Notes: generated from the sequence alone by a model not told the origin. DNA of 64,000 bases from Thermodesulfobacteriota bacterium (GCA_024763535.1 JANTFH010000001.1:7337-71336); one strand, 5' to 3'. Counted from the first letter of the stretch, positions 48,138 through 57,772 are shown. Numbers and translations: made by a program.

Positions 48138-49463
48138 TCATACGCATTTCGAAAGGAGGCGAAATATCACGAAAATGAGCCCTATTGACAGGTAAGCGGA
48201 CATTGCGAAATAGAACGCACCAATGTTATTAACCGCAAGGTAATACACGAGGAGAGAAGCGGTGATTGCCATTAATATGATGCCGAGAACAACTGGGGTT
48301 ATGGCTGTACGTGTATTCTCGCGCAACCGCAGATTGGCTATACAGACACCAATCGACACCAACAAGAACGTTAAGCTCGAGAATGATGCGATGACTTCAA
48401 GACTCCCCAGTGCCGTCAAAGCGACTGATATCGCCGTTATGACAACAGCAGCGGCAGCAGGTACGCCTGTCCTATTGCGAAAAGAAAATGCCTTCGGAGC
48501 GAGATTATCGTTGGAAATCTCGTAGGCGAGATGGCTCGCCCCAAAAATCGTGGCGTTAATTGCTGAGGCCGTTGCAAGCATAGCGGCTACATCGACCAAT
48601 ACAACACCGAATGTCCCCAAGATCGGCTTTGCGACGGCAGCAAGTGCGTATTCTTCGGCAGCATGAATCGCAGACACATCTAAATTGCCGACCGCAACCA
48701 AAGCAATGACAACATAGATTACCGAAGTTATTCCGATCGAACCGTACAGCCCCCTCGGGATATTGCGTTCCGGATCGCGTGTTTCACATACCGCATTCGT
48801 GATCAACTGAAAGCCCTCGAAAGCTACAAAGATGAGGGCTCCACCCAGGAAGACGGAACTGGCGCCATGGTCGAATAGAGGGCGGACCCGAGATGGGTCT
48901 ATTGTGTAGAAACCAACGGCCGCAAGCAGTGCCAACAGCGATATCTTTATATATACGGCAATATCCTCTGCTTTACCCATCGTACTGGCGCCGAGAAGAT
49001 TGATCCCCAGGAACATCAGCAGAATGCCACCAGAGAAAAACATTCGAAGGAGTGGTGAGTCAGTGAGGCCAAATAGGTGTGATGTATAGGCCCCAAACGT
49101 GAAAGCGTAGAGGGAAAGCGTGCCAATATAGCCAACGACAATGGTCCAGCCGGCAATGCCAGCAATCGCAAGCATTTTCGGGAATGCTTTTTCAAGATAT
49201 GTAAAGCTGGCACCATCGCTGTGGTAAGTAAGGGCAAGACGCACATAGCTGTAGCCAGCCACGACAGCAATAACGCTTCCAATCAGAAACGCAAACGGAG
49301 CAGCGTGCCCGCTGATATCGACGGCAAGTCCCAGAATTGAAAAAATTCCGCCGCCAATCATTCCACCTACGCCGATTGCGATCAACTCGACGAAGCCCAG
49401 GTTCTTCTTCTGTGAGCCACACGTTGGCGCATTGCTGGATTTTTGTATCTCACGTCCCTTCAT
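48138..49463 (-). CDS. APC-superfamily amino acid permease
   Basis: 441-aa 12-TM protein with a glycine-rich TM1 (IAIGVGGMIGGGIFSILG) typical of APC transporters. Confidence 0.8.
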   Translation of the reverse strand: MKGREIQKSSNAPTCGSQKKNLGFVELIAIGVGGMIGGGIFSILGLAVDISGHAAPFAFLIGSVIAVVAGYSYVRLALTYHSDGASFTYLEKAFPKMLAIAGIAGWTIVVGYIGTLSLYAFTFGAYTSHLFGLTDSPLLRMFFSGGILLMFLGINLLGASTMGKAEDIAVYIKISLLALLAAVGFYTIDPSRVRPLFDHGASSVFLGGALIFVAFEGFQLITNAVCETRDPERNIPRGLYGSIGITSVIYVVIALVAVGNLDVSAIHAAEEYALAAVAKPILGTFGVVLVDVAAMLATASAINATIFGASHLAYEISNDNLAPKAFSFRNRTGVPAAAAVVITAISVALTALGSLEVIASFSSLTFLLVSIGVCIANLRLRENTRTAITPVVLGIILMAITASLLVYYLAVNNIGAFYFAMSAYLSIGLIFVIFRLLSKCV

Positions 49464-49475
49464 TGCCCTACATCC

Positions 49476-49545
49476 GTCTAACGTTCAGGATCACGGGATG
49501 AGAAACGCGCGCGTTTCTCAGTACCGTGGGTCCTCTTGTTCGCCA
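49476..49545 (-). repeat. attC-like recombination site / hairpin overlapping the 3' end of the methylase gene
   Basis: Minus strand reads GGCGAAC-aagag-GGACCCACGGTACTGAGAAACGCG|CGCGTTTCTCATCCCGTGATCC-tgaac-GTTAGAC. This fits R''-5nt-L''/L'(imperfect, bulged)-5nt-R', with GTTAGAC matching the GTTRRRY core. The mate heptamer GTCTAAC recurs at 48101-48107 after the permease. Confidence 0.4.
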
Positions 49546-50351
49546 TTTTTTTTCAGGTAATTTGAAATTACTACCTCGGTAGTTCCTTTTCTGTGTTTTG
49601 ACGAAGACGCGAGCCGACTGAACCTACGTACCGTCATCTGTTGCCAATATTTGGCTTGATACAATTCGTGAATGCAGTGGTGGTCTGCATTGGATATGAA
49701 AATACTTACTCCGCGTCTGGCAGCTTTCGCAAGACAAGCTGCAAGGCGTTGTTGGTCAGCCCATGAGAAGATACGTTCATTATACTTGAGAAAGTTATTA
49801 TTGTTATGGCGTACGGTATAGGGAGGGTCTATATATAAGAAATCACCAGTATGGGCTTGATCTATTGTGTCTGCAAAATCGCATGAGGAAAGGTTTGTGT
49901 TTTGCAAAAGAGCGGACACTTCTTCAAAATTATCTGATGGTAGAACGACCTTCTCTTTTGTTCCTTTCGGAACATTAAAGACACCCTGCAAATTGACCCT
50001 GTAGAGGCCGTTAAAACATGTTCGATTCAAATATATGAACCTCGCGGCCTGCGTGGCTATCGACTGCGGAGATTGCTGCCGAATATGGTAATAGTAATCA
50101 TGGCAGTGCAATCGGTGATGTGTCAGGAGATGACGTTTCACCCTGCCAGGCACATCTCGCAATGCTTTGTAGGTAGATATTAATTCCTCATTAAGATCAG
50201 ACAGGATTGCAACCTTGGGTTGCAAGTGAAAGAATACCGCTCCACTGCCTAAAAATGGCTCAATATATCTTTTTGCATTCTGTCGTAGCCATGTGTCGTA
50301 CCCGGATACAAGCCAACGCTTGCCTCCTGCCCATTTTAAGAATGGTGTCAT
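49518..50351 (-). CDS. Dam-like N6-adenine DNA methyltransferase (D12 class)
   Basis: N-terminus FLKWAGGKRWLV...EPFLGSGAVF and catalytic DPPY (LYIDPPYTV), collinear with E. coli Dam. Confidence 0.85.
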   Translation of the reverse strand: MTPFLKWAGGKRWLVSGYDTWLRQNAKRYIEPFLGSGAVFFHLQPKVAILSDLNEELISTYKALRDVPGRVKRHLLTHHRLHCHDYYYHIRQQSPQSIATQAARFIYLNRTCFNGLYRVNLQGVFNVPKGTKEKVVLPSDNFEEVSALLQNTNLSSCDFADTIDQAHTGDFLYIDPPYTVRHNNNNFLKYNERIFSWADQQRLAACLAKAARRGVSIFISNADHHCIHELYQAKYWQQMTVRRFSRLASSSKHRKGTTEVVISNYLKKNGEQEDPRY

Positions 50352-52678
50352 TCTGCCACCTCTTGATTTGAGGCTGCGAGATCCTCTGGGTTAAGGCGTC
50401 CCATAAACTCCTCATAGATATAGTCAATATATTCAAAATCAATTGGTTTATAATGGCGTTTTTCAGTTGCGTGAGCAGGTATCCTCCTCAGTTCATTGAT
50501 CCGTTCCATCCATCGGACATTCTTTGAGTAACCCTTTTCTCCTGGTTCAGGAATGTCGAAAAGAGATTTGAATATATTCCAATGAACCTTGTTCTCAACG
50601 ATTTTTTTGTATTCGATGAAATCAAGGTAGTTTTCTAATGGGAGCCTATCCTCATCGTCATCATCAAGTGATTTTTCATAAGCACGCGTTTTGATTTTCT
50701 TGTCAATTACGCCTTTGTTCCAGTATGCATCACCATCTGTCCCATATTGTTGTTTGAATGTGGCGAATATTGTTTTTTGCACATGAATATTGAGTTCCTT
50801 AAGTTTCTTGTCGGCATCGTCAACAAGTTCCTCTGATTGTCCTTTTACCCATTCGTCCATACCTTCTGGAGAAAAATCAGAGAATGATTCACAAATCATT
50901 TGGCAAAGACGGTAATAGTATTCACGTGGACCACCCGATCCAAATTGAACCTTGAAGCGTTTCTCTATTTGGCTTGCGGTTGCTTCGCTGAGCCACAGCA
51001 GGATGGGATCCATGTACTCTTCGACCTCCGAGACTAGATCATTGGGCTCAAGCTCTCTCGCAGACAATCCTTTGTTGGATTCCATATAATCAACTAGTGA
51101 ACTAAACAGCTTTAAGTATGCCTGTAGCGCAACGTTTGTACATAGATAGCCTTGGCGACCAGATTCCCACTGGGTTACATTAGCGTTCGCCAGTAGTTGA
51201 AAGAAACTGTTCAAAGCCGATCGTGCACGATCGAGAGTCGCTGTGTCGTTCGTTCCGCAGAGCACTCCCGGGGCAAATTCTTTCTTCTTTAGTATAGCTT
51301 CACCAACCAAACCAGATCTACGAAGTCCATCTTTCAGAGCTGGTACTGTTAAACATGTTTTCTCTGTAGGAGAGATTCCCTGTTGAGTCACCCGACCATA
51401 GAGAGGTTCGCCTATATCGTTATTCAATAATCCAATGAGCCTGGCGCTTACAGCACCAATTCGTTCTGTCGGGCGATCTGACCCCCATTTCAATTCTCCT
51501 TCTAAATCATCCAACAAGGTTTTGGGTACGGATTTTTGCTCATGATTAATTGTAACAAAAAGGTTGGCCTCTTCTTCTTTCTTCAAGTTTTCGAAAGCGA
51601 CAACCATAATATTTTGATTCAGGTGTTTGTCTGATAACGGGGCGTATCCATAGAGTCTGTGCTGTCCGTCAATAATCCAAGCAGATCTGTATTGAGACGG
51701 CAAATATAGGTTCCCAAATATAACGTTCGTCTCTTCATCTTTGGCGACGTGTTCAAAGCGACATTTGCGAGAGAAATTCACAAGAATATTTGTAGGGAAG
51801 AATCCACCGCCATGAATAAAGCGAGAAACCTGGCGAAGCCGTGTTCTGCTAACAAGTCGCTGGTAGGATGGTGCTCCAGCAGGATCATTCAGGGATCGGT
51901 GGTTCACAAATGCAATTTTAAGCATTTGCTTGGGCGTTGAGACAAAAGAATAGAAAACTTTTCCTCCAAGTTTGCCCCTTACAGCGGGTACATGAATACC
52001 GTCCATCTCAGGTATCTTCTGGTCTTGCAGAAATTCAGCTAAGAACTGAAAGCGTGCTGCCGCTCTGAGGTGATCGGCAATTTGCACGTAATACCTCAAT
52101 TGCTTTTCCGTTATGATATTGATGCGTGCTCCAGCCGCACGTTGCCTATCCGGTTGAGACCATGCAATGTTGCTTGTTACAAATAGCCAGATAATCTTCG
52201 GCTTGTAATGAGGGCCATAATGCTTCTTTATCGCGTTTGCGATTGGGCTTTTAAGGTTTGCAAACTCCTCTATGTCTTTTTGTAAGCTTCGGCGAGTGAT
52301 GCGGGCGGAAGATTTACATTCGGTGACAACGACAGTTTCGTCGTCTTTTGCTAATACATCAATCTGCTTCGTATAAGGATCAGCACCTTTGCGCTTGATT
52401 GTAACCTGAAAGTTTCTTCCCTCGCTAATTTCAGGATAGCCAAGCAAATGAAAGAGGTACCATACTTTGTTTTCCAGTTTTTCGTCATGGGACCATGGTT
52501 TGCGTATGCGAGTTTTGATCTTCAGCTCTTTATCCACTTCCCATCCATCGTCAATATATTCTTGGACGCTAGATTTCAGAACAGAGAGTTCTTTATATGC
52601 TTTTCTTCGCTTGGCGGCCTCTCGCTTTAGCTTCTTGCTGTCTGTGTATATTGAATTTAGCCATTCTGTATCTGGCAT
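50348..52678 (-). CDS. Large DGQHR-domain protein with an N-terminal PD-(D/E)xK nuclease-like module, translationally coupled to the Dam-like methylase
   Basis: 776 aa. N-terminal D...E-x-K motif (IDVLAKDDETVVVTECKSS). DGQHR motif (WIIDGQHRLYGY) within a DndB/ParB-like segment (GGGFFPTNILVNF...FVTINHEQK). ~350-aa C-terminal region without a recognisable motif. Stop overlaps the methylase ATG (ATGA). Confidence 0.7.
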   Translation of the reverse strand: MPDTEWLNSIYTDSKKLKREAAKRRKAYKELSVLKSSVQEYIDDGWEVDKELKIKTRIRKPWSHDEKLENKVWYLFHLLGYPEISEGRNFQVTIKRKGADPYTKQIDVLAKDDETVVVTECKSSARITRRSLQKDIEEFANLKSPIANAIKKHYGPHYKPKIIWLFVTSNIAWSQPDRQRAAGARINIITEKQLRYYVQIADHLRAAARFQFLAEFLQDQKIPEMDGIHVPAVRGKLGGKVFYSFVSTPKQMLKIAFVNHRSLNDPAGAPSYQRLVSRTRLRQVSRFIHGGGFFPTNILVNFSRKCRFEHVAKDEETNVIFGNLYLPSQYRSAWIIDGQHRLYGYAPLSDKHLNQNIMVVAFENLKKEEEANLFVTINHEQKSVPKTLLDDLEGELKWGSDRPTERIGAVSARLIGLLNNDIGEPLYGRVTQQGISPTEKTCLTVPALKDGLRRSGLVGEAILKKKEFAPGVLCGTNDTATLDRARSALNSFFQLLANANVTQWESGRQGYLCTNVALQAYLKLFSSLVDYMESNKGLSARELEPNDLVSEVEEYMDPILLWLSEATASQIEKRFKVQFGSGGPREYYYRLCQMICESFSDFSPEGMDEWVKGQSEELVDDADKKLKELNIHVQKTIFATFKQQYGTDGDAYWNKGVIDKKIKTRAYEKSLDDDDEDRLPLENYLDFIEYKKIVENKVHWNIFKSLFDIPEPGEKGYSKNVRWMERINELRRIPAHATEKRHYKPIDFEYIDYIYEEFMGRLNPEDLAASNQEVAE

Positions 52679-52857
52679 GTCATTTATCTCCTCTATTTGT
52701 GGCGAACATTGTTAATAACTGGAAAAAGTATGTTATATTTTATAACTGTACGATTTTTCCATAAAATTCGATATCAAATTTAGAGACATGGAAGAATCTT
52801 TCCATGCTATCAATTTTCTCTAAGTCCATCTCTTTGTTGTAGTGCTACCACATACAT

Positions 52858-53135
52858 TATGGAAAATAAATCAAAATTTACGTCGAACCCTCAACTCAAA
52901 TTGATGGATCAGGTGCGGGAAACGTTGCGTTATCATCATTACGCTTATTCGACTGAAAAAACTTATTGTCAGTAGATTACACGCTATATCTGTTTTTTAC
53001 GATAAAAAACATCACCTCCGAGATATGGGCGCTATGGAGATCTAGCGTTATTTGTTGCATCCGGCATCACCTGAGCATGTTGTCGCTACGACTCAGCGGC
53101 AGGCATTGAATGCGCTGGTTTTTCTCTCTCCTCTC
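52858..53135 (+). pseudogene. Decayed N-terminal fragment of an integron-type (IntI/XerD-like) tyrosine recombinase
   Basis: Reads MENKSKFTSNPQLKLMDQVRETLRYHHYAYSTEKTYCQ-stop-ITRYICFLR-stop, then after frameshifts TQRQALNALVFL. This is collinear with the IntI N-terminal SAM-like domain (..[32 protein letters not shown]...QALAALLFLY). No catalytic domain follows. Confidence 0.55.
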
Positions 53136-53199
53136 AGGTTTTATCTCCCACCTTTTTATATAAGAAAATTCCGGCCGAAAATTTTTTTTATCACCTCTC

Positions 53200-53228
53200 T
53201 TGACATTCGAAAATGTCGTAATTAATTT
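53200..53228 (+). promoter_or_regulatory. Sigma70-like promoter with an embedded palindrome upstream of the hsp20 pair
   Basis: TTGACA, then a 17-nt spacer, then TAATTT. The perfect inverted repeat GACATTcgaaAATGTC overlaps the -35 and spacer. Confidence 0.4.
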
Positions 53229-53394
53229 TTTTTCCAGAAGGCGGAAAGAGGCCTTTATGGATTGTTATGAAAGATGAAATCACTTGGTCTTTCAGGTGGT
53301 TGAAGGATGTCCGGCCAGGAATTGAAAGTTTCCATCGGACGTGGGGCCGGATAAATTTTAACCCTAAAAATTTTTATTAAAGGAGGGAATGGTT

Positions 53395-53841
53395 ATGTGG
53401 ACAAGAGTTAGTGATATTGACCGGATGTACGGGGCTATGGATCTGCTGCGCTCGCACATGAATCGACTGTTCACCGATTACGACAGAGGCTTTGGTGATG
53501 AGTTCGGCTGGAGGGTTGCCGAAGCCGCGCCGCGGACAAATCTTTACGACAATGGAGATCAGTTTGAGGTTCGAGCGGAGGTCCCGGGTTTAAACAAGGA
53601 CGATCTGAAAATTATGATTCAGGGGAACTATCTCGAACTCAGCGGCAGCCGCAAGTCCGAGGCTCCTGAGGGCTATAAAGCCCATCGGGTGGAACGGGGT
53701 GATGCCAGCTTTACTCGCAGTTTTACTCTACCGTCCGATGTCGATGTGGATAAGGTTGAGGCCGGTTTGCAGAACGGTATCCTGACGCTCACCTTGCCGA
53801 AGGCCGAGGCGGCCAAACCGAAACAGATCGGTATTAAGTAA
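53395..53841 (+). CDS. Hsp20/alpha-crystallin family small heat-shock protein
   Basis: Alpha-crystallin domain (FEVRAEVPGLNKDDLKIMIQGNYLELSG...GILTLTLPK). ATG 53395 is 7 nt after a GGAGGG SD. Confidence 0.85.
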   Translation: MWTRVSDIDRMYGAMDLLRSHMNRLFTDYDRGFGDEFGWRVAEAAPRTNLYDNGDQFEVRAEVPGLNKDDLKIMIQGNYLELSGSRKSEAPEGYKAHRVERGDASFTRSFTLPSDVDVDKVEAGLQNGILTLTLPKAEAAKPKQIGIK

Positions 53842-53883
53842 TAATAATTTTAGGCGAAAACTTTATTAATGGAGGTTTGAGTC

Positions 53884-54270
53884 ATGAGTGAAAATAAAAA
53901 AATAGCGACCCGCAGTGAAACCCTGGCCGAGCGAAGCCGTGAGATTCCGGTTATCTCGCCTATGGTTGATATTTATGAAAATGATGATGAAATCCTGCTG
54001 CACGCGGATATGCCCGGAGTGGCCAAGGAAGATATTTCGGTAAATGTTGATAACGGCAAACTCCTGATCTCCGGGGTGCGCAGTCTCAAGATCTCCGGCG
54101 CCGCTAACTGGGAGGAGTTTGGTGATGTTGAGTACCGGCGTACCTTCTCGGTGCCTCAGAGTATTGATGTTGCCAAGGTCAATGCCGAACTTAAAGACGG
54201 GGTTTTGAAACTCCATCTTCCCAAATCAGAAGCGGCCAAACCGCGCATGGTTGAAATTAAAGCGGCTTAG
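53884..54270 (+). CDS. Hsp20/alpha-crystallin family small heat-shock protein (second copy)
   Basis: ILLHADMPGVAKEDISVNVDNGKLLISG...GVLKLHLPK. Confidence 0.85.
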   Translation: MSENKKIATRSETLAERSREIPVISPMVDIYENDDEILLHADMPGVAKEDISVNVDNGKLLISGVRSLKISGAANWEEFGDVEYRRTFSVPQSIDVAKVNAELKDGVLKLHLPKSEAAKPRMVEIKAA

Positions 54271-54307
54271 GGGAGGCGTGGTTAAGTGTTAAAATAACTT
54301 TGGATCG

Positions 54308-54390
54308 GTGGCGGAGCCCTTCTCCCCGCTTGATTGTCGCTCTGTCAGTCAGGCTCCGCCACCGGTCTTTTCTATACTCTTCTCTTTTTT
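54308..54390 (+). terminator. Terminator after the hsp20 pair. A long hairpin with 12-bp perfect arms is followed by a T-rich run.
   Basis: GGTGGCGGAGCC...(33 nt)...GGCTCCGCCACC, then GGTCTTTTCTATACTCTTCTCTTTTTTT. Confidence 0.6.
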
Positions 54391-54405
54391 TCGATAATTA
54401 CCAAC

Positions 54406-57400
54406 CTAGAGCATATCCTTTATTTTACCCCGTGAAAAAAACGGATAGAGGGCCGGCAGGACGAAGAGGGTGAGTAGCGTCGCACTGACGAGGCCGCCGA
54501 CGATGACGGTTGCCAGAGGTTTTTGAATCTCGGCGCCGATGCCGTTTGAAAGCAGCATCGGGATAAGACCCAGGGCCGAGGTTGCGGCCGTCATCAGCAC
54601 CGGCCTGAGGCGGGATGTGGCCCCGGCAAAGATTGCTTCCGGGAGTTTGAGGCCGCCGCTGAGGCGCAGGTTAATGCTCTCCACCATGACCACCCCGTTT
54701 AAGACGGCGACCCCGAAAAGGGTGATAAAACCGACCGAACTGGGCACCGAAAGATACTGCCCCGATACGTAGAGGGAAACCACGCCGCCGATTACAGCCA
54801 GGGGCACGTTCATCAGAATTAAAAGCGCCTGACCGATGGAGTTGAAGGCAAAATAGAGGAGCAGGGCGATTAAGGCGAGAGAGAAAGGCACCACCAGAGC
54901 CAGCCGTTTCTGGGCCCGCCGCTGATTTTCAAACTGGCCGCCGATAGCTACCGAATAGCCGGGTGGTAATGCAACCTGAGCCGCGATAGCCGTTTGAATA
55001 TCGCTGACCACACTTCCCATATCACGATTCTTTATATTGGCCTGGACCACCACCCGGCGCTGAACATCATCCCGGCGGATTTGGGGCGGGCCGGATTCGA
55101 TGGCGATGGCGGCAACATCACCGAGCCGAACCAGGGCCCCGGTGGGTGACTGCAGACGCAACTCGGCAATGGTTCGGGGATTGTCGCGGAAATCTTTTTC
55201 GAGGCGCACATAGATATCATAACGTTCATTACCGTTGATGATCTGGCCCGCGGCCCGGCCGCCGAGGACGTCCCGAACCAGGTTCATAACGTCGCCTACG
55301 GCCAGGCCGTAGCGTGAGAGGCGGCGGCGATCCGGGCGAATGACGAGCTGGGCTTCCCCGGCGATCTGCTCCATGGCGACATCACGGGTACCCTCGATAC
55401 TCTGTACAACTTTGGTTATCTCCCGGCCTTTGGCCGCGAGTACGTTCAGTTCCGGGCCGAATATTTTAATTGCGAGCTGCGCTTTGACCCCGGAAAGCAG
55501 TTCGTCAACCCGGGTGGCGATCGGTTGGGAGAAGTTCAGCAGAAGCCCGGGAAACTGTTCCAGTCTCATCTCCATCATCTCCTGTAACTTCTGCCGGTCT
55601 GGAGCACTGGTCCACTCTTTTGCCGGTTTTAGGCCGACAAAAATCTCAATATTATTGACGGGCTCAGGGTCGCCGCCGATCTCGGCCCGGCCGATCCGGC
55701 TGGAGGCGTAAGTGACTTCCGGAAATTCAAGAAGCATGGCTTCCAGTTTCGGAGCCACCGCCAGGGCGGTATCAAGGCTGGCCGACGGGGCCAGAGTGAC
55801 CCGCAGATTAAGTGTTCCCTCCTCCAGCTCCGGCACAAATTCGGTGCCCAGTTGTGGGATCAATCCCATAACCGCGATAAAAACTATAAGTGCGGCGCCG
55901 ATTACTGTTTTTCGATGGTGCATGGTCCAGTTAAGACCCCTTCGGTAGAGCCAGGCGAGGGGTTTTAAGAGCAGGCTTTCGCGTTCTCTGATACCGCTGC
56001 GGAAAAGATAGGTCGCCAGTGCCGGAACAATGATTAAGGCGACCATGACCGAGGCGATAATCGCGATAATAATACTGATTGCCAGCGGCTGGAAAAGTTT
56101 GGCTTCGACACCTTCAAAACTGAACAGCGGCATGAAAACGACAAGAATAATCGAGGCGGCAAAAAATATCGGCCGGGCCACCTCCTTGCCGGCCTCCTGC
56201 AGGCGCAGGGCGATCCCCCGCCGGTCCCGGGTTACGTCGTGGGGGTCGGAATCATCCCCGGCAGTATTGCCGGGGATGTCCTGCTTGTGAACCGGATCGG
56301 GGTGGGAGAGGTGTTTGAACATGTTCTCGACCATCACCACCGAGCCGTCGACGAGCATGCCGATAGCCACCGCCAGGCCGCCTAATGACATCAGGTTGGC
56401 GGAAAAACCGAATTGCGCCATCACCATCAGAGCGATGCCGATCGAGATGGGAACCGAAATCAGCACCAGCAGAGTGGCTCTTAAATTCATCAGGAAAAGG
56501 GCGAGAATAACAACGATAAAAATGAAAGCCAGAGCCAGGGTATGGACGACCGTGCGTACCGCTTTTTCGATCAGGTCGGCCTGATTGTACATAACCTTGA
56601 ACTCCACTCCCTGAGGCAGCGCCTGGCGGATCAGATCGATGCGTGAGTTGATACCGTCGATGGTGGCTTTGGTGTTGGCGCCCATGCGTTTCAAAACGAT
56701 TCCCGAGACCACTTCGCCCCGGGATTCCGCCTCACCGTCGGCGTTTCGGCCGGTTACGGTTACCGCCCCCTGACGGATTTCGCTGCCGAATTCGACCTTG
56801 GCTATATCGGCGATCCGGATAATTTTGCCGGCGATGGTTTTCAGCGGAATTTCGCGGATCTCCGTCAGGCCGGTGCGGCCGTGGCCAAGCCAGCCGACAC
56901 CCCGGATAACCAGCTGCTCCTGACCCCGGTTCAGATACCAGCCGCCGGCATTCCGGTTGTTGTTCTCCAGCGCCTGAAAAACATCGTCCTGGGTCAGTCC
57001 GTAGGCGAGCATCCGGTTGGGGTTAAGGTTTACCTGATATTGGCGCACACTGCCGCCGAAAGAGAGAACATCAGTGATGCCGTCAACCGGCATCAGCAGC
57101 AGTTTTACGACCCAGTCATTGAGACTGCGCAGTTTCATCGTATCATAATCAGAATCGGGCTCAGCGATCAGCAGATATTGGTAGATCTGGCCGAGACCCG
57201 AGGTGTTGGGCCCCATTTCCGGAATTCCGACCCCCTGCGGGATCAGCTCTTTGGCGCTCTGCAGACGTTCGAAGACCAGCTGTCGGGCAAAGAAAATATC
57301 GGTCTTCTCTTTGAAAACCACAGTGACTCCGGAGAGGCCGGTTTTAGAGATTGAACGGACCTCTTCAACATCCGGCAGGGCATACATCACCGACTCGATG

Positions 57401-57603
57401 GGGAAGGTAATCAGTTGTTCGACCTCGGCCGCCGCCAGGCCCGGAGCTTCGGTATTGATCGACACCTGAATATTGGTGACGTCGGGAAAAGCATCAAGAT
57501 TTAAGCGCGGAATCATGAAAAAAGCCGCGATAGTCAGTGTGAACAGAGAGATAACCACCAGCAGACGGTTGCTCACGGCCCAGTCAATTATTTTATTTAA
57601 CAT
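54406..57603 (-). CDS. czcA: Heavy-metal efflux RND transporter, CzcA/CusA family
   Basis: 1065 aa with 12 TM and two large periplasmic loops. HME-RND signature in TM4 region (ALGMLVDGSVVMVEN). Confidence 0.85.
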   Translation of the reverse strand: MLNKIIDWAVSNRLLVVISLFTLTIAAFFMIPRLNLDAFPDVTNIQVSINTEAPGLAAAEVEQLITFPIESVMYALPDVEEVRSISKTGLSGVTVVFKEKTDIFFARQLVFERLQSAKELIPQGVGIPEMGPNTSGLGQIYQYLLIAEPDSDYDTMKLRSLNDWVVKLLLMPVDGITDVLSFGGSVRQYQVNLNPNRMLAYGLTQDDVFQALENNNRNAGGWYLNRGQEQLVIRGVGWLGHGRTGLTEIREIPLKTIAGKIIRIADIAKVEFGSEIRQGAVTVTGRNADGEAESRGEVVSGIVLKRMGANTKATIDGINSRIDLIRQALPQGVEFKVMYNQADLIEKAVRTVVHTLALAFIFIVVILALFLMNLRATLLVLISVPISIGIALMVMAQFGFSANLMSLGGLAVAIGMLVDGSVVMVENMFKHLSHPDPVHKQDIPGNTAGDDSDPHDVTRDRRGIALRLQEAGKEVARPIFFAASIILVVFMPLFSFEGVEAKLFQPLAISIIIAIIASVMVALIIVPALATYLFRSGIRERESLLLKPLAWLYRRGLNWTMHHRKTVIGAALIVFIAVMGLIPQLGTEFVPELEEGTLNLRVTLAPSASLDTALAVAPKLEAMLLEFPEVTYASSRIGRAEIGGDPEPVNNIEIFVGLKPAKEWTSAPDRQKLQEMMEMRLEQFPGLLLNFSQPIATRVDELLSGVKAQLAIKIFGPELNVLAAKGREITKVVQSIEGTRDVAMEQIAGEAQLVIRPDRRRLSRYGLAVGDVMNLVRDVLGGRAAGQIINGNERYDIYVRLEKDFRDNPRTIAELRLQSPTGALVRLGDVAAIAIESGPPQIRRDDVQRRVVVQANIKNRDMGSVVSDIQTAIAAQVALPPGYSVAIGGQFENQRRAQKRLALVVPFSLALIALLLYFAFNSIGQALLILMNVPLAVIGGVVSLYVSGQYLSVPSSVGFITLFGVAVLNGVVMVESINLRLSGGLKLPEAIFAGATSRLRPVLMTAATSALGLIPMLLSNGIGAEIQKPLATVIVGGLVSATLLTLFVLPALYPFFSRGKIKDML

Positions 57604-57772
57604 ATTTTTTTTCTCCAGGAGATAATCATAAATTCGTAAAAAGTCACGTGACTACTAAGTAGAATATTCAGCTGCGAGGCTCCGAAAAGTTGATGAATGA
57701 GGCGTACATGGAAGTCCGCCGCAGTAACGAAGATTTTTCGAGAACAAAGCAGGTGGGCTTTTTACTTAGCCA

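Larger units (their letters stand above)
47987..53135. mobile_element. AT-rich integron-like genomic island: tyrosine-recombinase (IntI-type) pseudogene plus leftward-oriented cassette-like genes
   Basis: By eye the base composition is clearly more AT-rich than the flanks, especially 49.5-53 kb. A decayed integrase N-terminus lies at 52858-53135. All three island genes are on the strand opposite the integrase. attC-like imperfect palindromes with GTTAGAC/GTCTAAC cores sit at the cassette boundaries. Confidence 0.5.
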
